A DNA stretch of 14,657 nucleotides, taken from Fidelibacterota bacterium (lineage in GTDB: Bacteria > Fidelibacterota > UBA2242). Below, in pieces: positions 9,129 through 14,657 of the stretch (positions within the stretch are counted from its first letter, which is position 1; every line of letters starts with the position of its first letter). Location: assembly GCA_049975265.1 (NCBI GenBank), contig JBNGDF010000046.1, positions 1 to 14,657 of the forward strand. Reading direction: 5' to 3'. The notes below the pieces were generated by a model, which worked only from the letters and a program-made list of their open reading frames with translations, searched no databases and was not told the origin of the DNA. A program made the translations under genes and the position numbers.

Positions 9129-9700
9129 TGTTTACCCGTTCGCCCCCGGGCGGTTAAGGGTATGTTCCGGGCACACTGCGGACATTGATCCGGTTCATAG
9201 GAAGGAATGTTCAGGGATACCATGGCAAAATGGGGAAACCCGAAATCAATTTTACCGCCACTGCGGTCAATCAGAGTACCGACGCCCATAATGACACCGC
9301 CGCTTTTGACCACCAGATCAATCAATTCGAAAATGGAGCCGCCGGTGGTGACCACATCATCAACGATCAGGACCCGCTCGCCCTTTTCGATGGCGAAGCC
9401 GCGCCGAAACGCCAACTCTTTATCCACCCGCTCGGCGAAGATGCTGCGGCAGGCGAGAAAACGACCGACACCGTGACTGATAATGATGCCACCGGTTGCA
9501 GCACCCACAACCACATGCGGCTTAGTCTCTTCGAACTTCTCCGCAATCGCCCGGCAGAGTTTATCGGTCAGAAGCGGAAACTGCAGTAGTCTGAACTTTT
9601 CCACATAGGTATCGCTATGTCGCCCGGAAGTCAACAGAAAATGACCGTGCAGGATCGCCCCGCATTCTTCCAAAATGGCGATATTCGGTTTTTGATTCAT
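9125..9700 (-). CDS. pyrE: Orotate phosphoribosyltransferase
   Basis: GHFLLTSGRHS, FAER...FRRGF and PRPP-binding LIVDDVVTTGGS. Immediately downstream of pyrF with an ATGA overlap and GGGAG RBS. Confidence 0.95.
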   Translation of the reverse strand: MNQKPNIAILEECGAILHGHFLLTSGRHSDTYVEKFRLLQFPLLTDKLCRAIAEKFEETKPHVVVGAATGGIIISHGVGRFLACRSIFAERVDKELAFRRGFAIEKGERVLIVDDVVTTGGSIFELIDLVVKSGGVIMGVGTLIDRSGGKIDFGFPHFAMVSLNIPSYEPDQCPQCARNIPLTARGRTGKQ

Positions 9701-10497
9701 CGGACTCCCTCATTGCTAAAAAGTTGCTTGTAATATCCGGCTCGCCCGCGAATATTATCGGGAAAAGTCCCCTGGGTGGGGTACAAAATTCCCCGCGAGA
9801 CGTTGATCAGTCCCAGACCCGTCTCCCGGCAAACCGCCACCGCGGTGTCCACATCTCCACCCTGGCTGCCGACACCCGGGATCAGAAAAGGCAACTCCGG
9901 AAATTGCCGGCGCAGGTCAAACAGCTGCTGCGGCTTGGTCGCCCCAACAACCAGACCGAGGTTTTCTCTGGTATTTACTTCCCGGACAATTTCAGCGGTC
10001 CGGATATACAGCGGTTTTTGAGCGCCATACTCCTGCAACTCTATGCCCGAAGAATTGGAGGTCACGCAGAGTACGAAGGCACCCTTGGCACCATTTTCAA
10101 TAAAGGGACGAATGCTGTCGGAACCCAGATAGGGACTGACCGTGGCTGCCTGAAAGGGCAATTCCTCCAGCAGCGCCCGGGCGTAAAATCCGGCGCTGTT
10201 GCCGATGTCACCGCGCTTGGCATCGGCAATCAGGAAAATGTCCCGGGGAATATCTGCAAGCAGCTTCTCCATTATCTGCCAGCCGCGCCAACCCCACAAC
10301 TCGAAGAAAGCGAAATTGAATTTATACGCCGGGGCAAAATCCTGCGTTACCTGAATCACTTCACGGGCAAAACCATAAATCCCTTCCGCATCTCTGGAAA
10401 AGCCGGTGGGCAATTTGTCCGGATCGGGGTCAATGCCGACACACAGATGGGACGATTTTTTAAGGATTGCGTGCCGAAAATACTGCTTAAAATTCAT
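9697..10497 (-). CDS. pyrF: Orotidine-5'-phosphate decarboxylase (type 2 subfamily)
   Basis: LCVGIDP, YKFNFAFFE, catalytic DAKRGDIGNS, TVSPYLG, TSN, GLVVGAT, LIPGVGSQGGD and INVSRGI motifs. Confidence 0.96.
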   Translation of the reverse strand: MNFKQYFRHAILKKSSHLCVGIDPDPDKLPTGFSRDAEGIYGFAREVIQVTQDFAPAYKFNFAFFELWGWRGWQIMEKLLADIPRDIFLIADAKRGDIGNSAGFYARALLEELPFQAATVSPYLGSDSIRPFIENGAKGAFVLCVTSNSSGIELQEYGAQKPLYIRTAEIVREVNTRENLGLVVGATKPQQLFDLRRQFPELPFLIPGVGSQGGDVDTAVAVCRETGLGLINVSRGILYPTQGTFPDNIRGRAGYYKQLFSNEGVR

Positions 10498-10505
10498 GGC
10501 GCTGG

Positions 10506-10534
10506 AAAATACGTTTTTTTTAGCATTTATTCAA
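10506..10534 (-). promoter_or_regulatory. Putative sigma70-type promoter of the pyrF operon (near-leaderless)
   Basis: Minus strand reads TTGAAT-N17-TATTTT-N8-ATG(10497). No Shine-Dalgarno lies between the -10 box and the ATG. Confidence 0.55.
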
Positions 10535-10597
10535 TAAGGAATCCGGCGCAGGTAATTATCAACATGGAAGCTACAGCAACAGCAGTTAGCGGTTTTA

Positions 10598-10628
10598 TTT
10601 GCATCGCTAAATAATCCTGATAGCTTTG
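10598..10628 (+). promoter_or_regulatory. Putative Bacteroidetes-type -33/-7 promoter for the HAD gene
   Basis: TTTG(10598-10601)-N19-TAGCTTTG(10621-10628) matches the TTTG-N19/21-TAnnTTTG consensus. It is followed by a GGAG RBS at 10640-10643. Confidence 0.5.
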
Positions 10629-10648
10629 CACTGGTTATTGGAGATTGA

Positions 10649-11329
10649 ATGTTTATGAAACGCACCCTGGACCTGATTATCTTTGACCTGGACGGAACCC
10701 TCTATCCGGCAAATCCCGAAATGGACCGCCTCTATCCGGAAGCGGCTGTCAGATTGCTAATCAAAAAAACCGGTGGTACCCCGGAAGAGGTCAAACAGGA
10801 ATTCCTGGCAAAAAAAGCGGAACTGAAACAGCTGCTCAACGGTCCTCCCACCAGTACCCTGACTCTGTTTTACTACTACAATATCGGTTTTGAAGAATAT
10901 GAGAACACTCTCGATGCCATGATTAATGTGGAAAATTTTATCGCTCCCGACCCAAAAAGTCGCGCCGTCATCCGCAAAATTGACCGGCATTACCCGATCT
11001 ATCTTTATACCACCAACAATGAAAAAGTTGGAACGAAAATCCTGCAGCGGCTCGGGCTCGCGGATTTCTTCCCGCCGCAGCGGCGGTTTACACTGACCGA
11101 TGCCGGCAGACTCCGGGTGCCGCGTCGGGAAAAGCTCAATTACATCAAGCCCGGTGAAAAGGGCTTTACGCGGATTTTACAGCTGCATCATGTACCGGCT
11201 GAACGAGCGCTGATGGTCGGCGATTCGGAAGTTTCGGACATTCAACCGGCGCAACAACTGGGGCTGCCCACCTACCATGTCACCAGCCGCGAAGATTTCT
11301 ATCGCCTGCCGAAGTGGCTGAGGATTTGA
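10649..11329 (+). CDS. HAD-superfamily hydrolase (subfamily IA), pyrimidine 5'-nucleotidase-like
   Basis: Motif I IFDLDGTLYP, motif II YTTN, motif III KP and motif IV MVGDSEVSD. GGAG RBS; the start could be 10649 or 10655. Confidence 0.88.
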   Translation: MFMKRTLDLIIFDLDGTLYPANPEMDRLYPEAAVRLLIKKTGGTPEEVKQEFLAKKAELKQLLNGPPTSTLTLFYYYNIGFEEYENTLDAMINVENFIAPDPKSRAVIRKIDRHYPIYLYTTNNEKVGTKILQRLGLADFFPPQRRFTLTDAGRLRVPRREKLNYIKPGEKGFTRILQLHHVPAERALMVGDSEVSDIQPAQQLGLPTYHVTSREDFYRLPKWLRI

Positions 11330-11357
11330 GATTTTTTAAACCAAACTTGCAACCATT

Positions 11358-12266
11358 CTACCGCATAAAGACCATCTTACTGGTCTTTGTATAATTACCT
11401 GCCTTGATCCGATAAATATAGACGCCGCTGGATACCAGATGTCCATATCGGTTACGACCGTCCCAGACGGCTTTGTAGAAATCCGCCGGCGCTTTTGTGT
11501 CTACCAACCGGGTGACTTCACGAACGATAATATCGTAGACTATCAAAGTGACCCTTGATTCTTCCGGCAGATCGTATGCAATGGTGGTCATCGGGTTGAA
11601 AGGGTTGGGATAAGCGGAATGAAATTTATATGTCAATGGAATATCATTTTTTTCAGCGGCTGGATTTTCCATCGCCAATAATTCTGCCACCTCACGAGCA
11701 GCCTCTGAACCAGAATAATTTAACAGTATTTCATCGAAATTTTTCTGCGCCTGCCCGGCGGACAGTTTACTCAATCCTTCTGTCTCCTGAATCTCCATAT
11801 AGATCAACCCCTGCTGGAATAATGCCCAGGCAATATTTTCATAGGCTCCCATCTTCCGATATGCATTAATTACTGCTTCAGAACGATCAAGAGCTGTTTC
11901 ATACCGTCCTTTTTCAGTTAACAGTTTAACCGAAAAATCACCGGCGACAATGCCAATTAGTTCATCCGAATATTCAACATACAATTTTTCCAGATTTTTC
12001 GATAAACCCTCCTGATCTTCAATAATATCATAGGTTCTCGCAAGATTACTGATTACGGGATAAACAACCGGATCATTTTGTCCTGATACAGCTATATCAT
12101 TAAACAATAGTATTGCACCCGTATATAAACTATCGCGAATCATTCCAAGCGCCTCAATCAGTTTAATCTGTAATTCGCTTAAATTTCCACTTTCAGTGGT
12201 TTTCGGCAGACTGAAACCAAGTGAGTTAGCGCTCGGATTCACACCTACATTCCCGTAGTTATGCAT
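11358..12266 (-). CDS. C-terminal part: TPR-like region plus T9SS type-A sorting / FlgD-Ig-like domain
   Basis: 'AYPNPFNPMTTIAYDLPE...VYD...REV..LV...WDGRN..G..VSSGVYIYRI.AG.....KMVFMR' is the CTD. Helical 'ALFQQGLIY...F..IL..YSGSEAA' is TPR-like. No signal peptide and no SD at ATG 12266. Confidence 0.82.
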   Translation of the reverse strand: MHNYGNVGVNPSANSLGFSLPKTTESGNLSELQIKLIEALGMIRDSLYTGAILLFNDIAVSGQNDPVVYPVISNLARTYDIIEDQEGLSKNLEKLYVEYSDELIGIVAGDFSVKLLTEKGRYETALDRSEAVINAYRKMGAYENIAWALFQQGLIYMEIQETEGLSKLSAGQAQKNFDEILLNYSGSEAAREVAELLAMENPAAEKNDIPLTYKFHSAYPNPFNPMTTIAYDLPEESRVTLIVYDIIVREVTRLVDTKAPADFYKAVWDGRNRYGHLVSSGVYIYRIKAGNYTKTSKMVFMR

Positions 12267-12275
12267 TGAAGACCA

Positions 12276-14657
12276 TCAGTTTACTTCGGCTGGAATTGTA
12301 TTGGAACTGGCATTATAAATATCATATGAAGCCGATCCACGAATAAAATAATTGAAGCCTCCCGCTACTTCGTATACTATTGGCGAAATAAGTTCATACG
12401 TACCTAAATCGGCATAGCCCGACGAACCGATATACACATTGTAGACGCCATTATTCGAAAAACGGTTGTTAATTGACCAATTTTCTTCATCACCCACAGA
12501 ATAGGTTTGCGGCGCATTGGTAACACTTGCGATACTTGTTACGTACATACCGTATGTCGAATTTCCAGAAAATGTATTTTGATTGACCGTTCCATAAGAG
12601 CGCACATATCCGGCACCATAATATTGGTTATTGGAGAATGTATTGTCAATCAGGTTTATCGGATCGCTATTATTCATCTTACAACCATAATTATTTTCAT
12701 TGAATGTACTGTGTCTGATTCCGACATAATCCGAATAATTACCATAAAATCCATAAGAATTCTCTTCAAATAACGAGTAATCAATTGACCCTGTTGAATA
12801 ATAGGAATAAACTCCTCTGCTGGCGCCGTAAATATTAACATAATCCAAATCGAAACTACTACCACTGTACATGCGGATTCCATCCCAATATGTTCTGGAA
12901 GTGCTGCCTGGATCACTCCGGGTAAACACAATGGGACTGGTGGAAATACCATTGACATCTAAAACTCCATAGACACGCAATTCTTTACCTGCATTGAATT
13001 TGATTAATGTCCCCGGATTAACGATTAATTCCACGCCGTTACTCACATTAACATCACTGGTAACTGATACAATGCCATACCAGGTCGTATCGTTTCCAAT
13101 TGATCCGCTGACAGACATTTGGGGACAATAATAAGCCCCAATATCAGGATCTGGCTCATCGGGATCAAAAATATAGGAATAGTTTGGAAATAAATCCGAT
13201 TGGAGTTCGGCATAGCCTGCATCAATTGCCGGACTTGCATACTGCAAATGGTAATTACCGTGGGATGATGAATTGACCAGTAAGGGATTATTTATACTCG
13301 CATAGAATCCGGTCGGTTTTACGCCGGAATTATAATAAAAATTATACCCACTATTAATCGTCCAGTTGGTACGATAGATGGGCAGTGTTATCGGAGCAGT
13401 GTGAAAAATTGACTCATAAATGTCAAGATTCACTTTCCCATAGTTATTATTATCATTATACGTATAAATCCCGTTACCATTACTACTTCCCAGACCAATA
13501 TTGGCAAACGTGCAAAAATCAACAATCAAATTTAATCTCGAATCTGTGGAAGAAATCGTTTGAAACGGATAACCAAAATACAAAAAGATGCCCTGGTAAT
13601 TGATATCACTAAGAACAGAATGATGAATTAATATTCCTGAAGTTTGAGATTGATCGGGAAGACTTTCATTAAACAATATACCAACATGACAATCATGTAT
13701 GTTAATTCTATTTAGTTCCGCCAATATATTATTGGGACTGTCAATAAATACCCCGACATTACAATTTTCAATTTCAACATCATCTAATTCTATCATCGCA
13801 TTCGTTCCGTCAAGGGATAATCCACAATACGTATCCTTAATATTTACATTTGACATGGATATTGTAGAATTTCCCTTTGAAACGATTAAATAATCGGTTA
13901 TTGCAGGAACTGAAGTATATGGATCAATGAATGTTGGTGCCCTGCCGTTACTATACAGTGTGATCGACTGTTCTATTGTGCCCTCGATTTCCAGTGTTCC
14001 ATCAACCTCGAATGTAAAACCATCCGCAACCTGGATACTCGCTCCCGCAGGTATGGAAAGCGTCTCATCAGAGGGGATAGTCAGATTGTAATCGGCGATC
14101 TGATTGACAGCAACATAATTCGGCTTTACAACCGCACCATCCTGATCAAAACGAACACCACAACCAGCATAATTATCTACATTATTCGGATCAAATGTCG
14201 CTTTGCCATTCGGGGAAGACCAGTGGCTGAATTCATAAATCGCATTGTCCGTGGCGTAAAACTTAGACGCCTGGACTGAGTAATAGGGATATTCAAAAAA
14301 TCCACCACCTTCTTCTAAAAACACAGATTGATTCTCTCCTGAATTAATTTCCCTATATGTTTCCGGTTGGGTCAACAACTCCGGATCGGAAACATACCAG
14401 GGGTCTTTCAGATAGACTTTGACCGGTTCCGTCCAAGATGCAGATACAGAGTTTCGCTCACGATACTGTGCCTTAATTTCGTCATCTTGTCCAATACGAT
14501 GATTCGACAATTGAATCTTAAAAATAGTTCGCTGGTCATCCCAATCATGATGTTTCTTTGCTGTTAGATTTTCCTGAAGTACTTTGACATCAATAGTATC
14601 TTCAATGGATGGCATTTTAATATCTGCATTACTTGGAATACTATCATAGGGCTTCCT
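12276..14657 (-). CDS. N-terminal/central part: parallel beta-helix (NosD/pectin-lyase-like) repeat protein fragment, 5'-truncated by the window
   Basis: Asn/Gly/Tyr-rich repeats (FEENSYGF, FNENNYGC, FSNNQYYG, FSGNSTYG). Also contains 'NYHLQYASPAIDAG...DPDIGAY', 'SGSIGNDTTW' and 'YWDGI' motifs typical of FCB beta-helix surface proteins. Confidence 0.8.
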   Translation of the reverse strand, partial: RKPYDSIPSNADIKMPSIEDTIDVKVLQENLTAKKHHDWDDQRTIFKIQLSNHRIGQDDEIKAQYRERNSVSASWTEPVKVYLKDPWYVSDPELLTQPETYREINSGENQSVFLEEGGGFFEYPYYSVQASKFYATDNAIYEFSHWSSPNGKATFDPNNVDNYAGCGVRFDQDGAVVKPNYVAVNQIADYNLTIPSDETLSIPAGASIQVADGFTFEVDGTLEIEGTIEQSITLYSNGRAPTFIDPYTSVPAITDYLIVSKGNSTISMSNVNIKDTYCGLSLDGTNAMIELDDVEIENCNVGVFIDSPNNILAELNRINIHDCHVGILFNESLPDQSQTSGILIHHSVLSDINYQGIFLYFGYPFQTISSTDSRLNLIVDFCTFANIGLGSSNGNGIYTYNDNNNYGKVNLDIYESIFHTAPITLPIYRTNWTINSGYNFYYNSGVKPTGFYASINNPLLVNSSSHGNYHLQYASPAIDAGYAELQSDLFPNYSYIFDPDEPDPDIGAYYCPQMSVSGSIGNDTTWYGIVSVTSDVNVSNGVELIVNPGTLIKFNAGKELRVYGVLDVNGISTSPIVFTRSDPGSTSRTYWDGIRMYSGSSFDLDYVNIYGASRGVYSYYSTGSIDYSLFEENSYGFYGNYSDYVGIRHSTFNENNYGCKMNNSDPINLIDNTFSNNQYYGAGYVRSYGTVNQNTFSGNSTYGMYVTSIASVTNAPQTYSVGDEENWSINNRFSNNGVYNVYIGSSGYADLGTYELISPIVYEVAGGFNYFIRGSASYDIYNASSNTIPAEVN

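Larger units (their letters stand above)
11358..14657 (-). pseudogene. Large secreted/surface protein (right-handed beta-helix repeats, TPR-like helices, T9SS type-A/FlgD-Ig C-terminal domain), interrupted by one in-frame TGA; 5' end outside the window
   Basis: The frame is open from the window edge (RKPYDSIPSNADIK-MPSI...) to TGA 12278-12276. It continues in the same frame (TGG TCT TCA ATG CAT) into ORF 12266..11358. Pseudogene versus readthrough versus sequencing error is unresolved. Confidence 0.65.

Noticed and set aside
8499..9589. 157-aa and 134-aa plus-strand ORFs, and the other short ORFs nested in called genes
   Set aside because: They are antisense or alternate-frame shadows of confidently identified CDSs, with no independent coding evidence.
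10573..10585. Short ACAGCA-ACAGCA tandem repeat
   Set aside because: Only two units, too short to indicate a phase-variable or CRISPR-like repeat.
9724..10614. 296-aa plus-strand ORF antisense to pyrF
   Set aside because: It is a shadow ORF of a well-conserved gene, with no recognisable motifs or RBS.
12276..12278. Alternative genetic code (TGA=Trp or Gly)
   Set aside because: Five other genes here end in TGA at expected positions, three in ATGA overlaps, and TGG is used for Trp throughout.
14613..14615. ATG 14615 as the start of the beta-helix protein
   Set aside because: The frame stays open to the window edge and there is no signal peptide or SD, so the real start is probably outside the window.

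Overview
Bacterial chromosomal window, probably from an FCB-group relative such as Marinimicrobia, KSB1 or Calditrichota. This is inferred from a YPNPFNP-type C-terminal sorting domain, an FCB-style cyclophilin and TAnnTTTG promoter motifs. Left to right: a full-length MMPL/RND transporter (+); a convergent DUF1624/DUF418-like polytopic membrane protein (-); a tightly packed seven-gene minus-strand operon (pyrF, pyrE, YycJ-like MBL hydrolase, cyclophilin, patatin, dsbD, tlpA-like); and a divergent HAD phosphatase. The window ends in an AT-rich gene of at least 1,099 codons that runs off the right edge and encodes beta-helix repeats, a TPR-like region and a T9SS-type C-terminal domain. The ORF track splits this gene in two, but it is one reading frame interrupted by a single in-frame TGA at a probable Trp position (AEVN*W), with a small hairpin just downstream. 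I found no RNA genes, CRISPR arrays or mobile elements, and I cannot support a clear-cut novel system. The best leads are the TGA-interrupted surface protein, the pyrimidine-nucleotidase-like HAD divergent from pyrFE, and apparently leaderless promoters.
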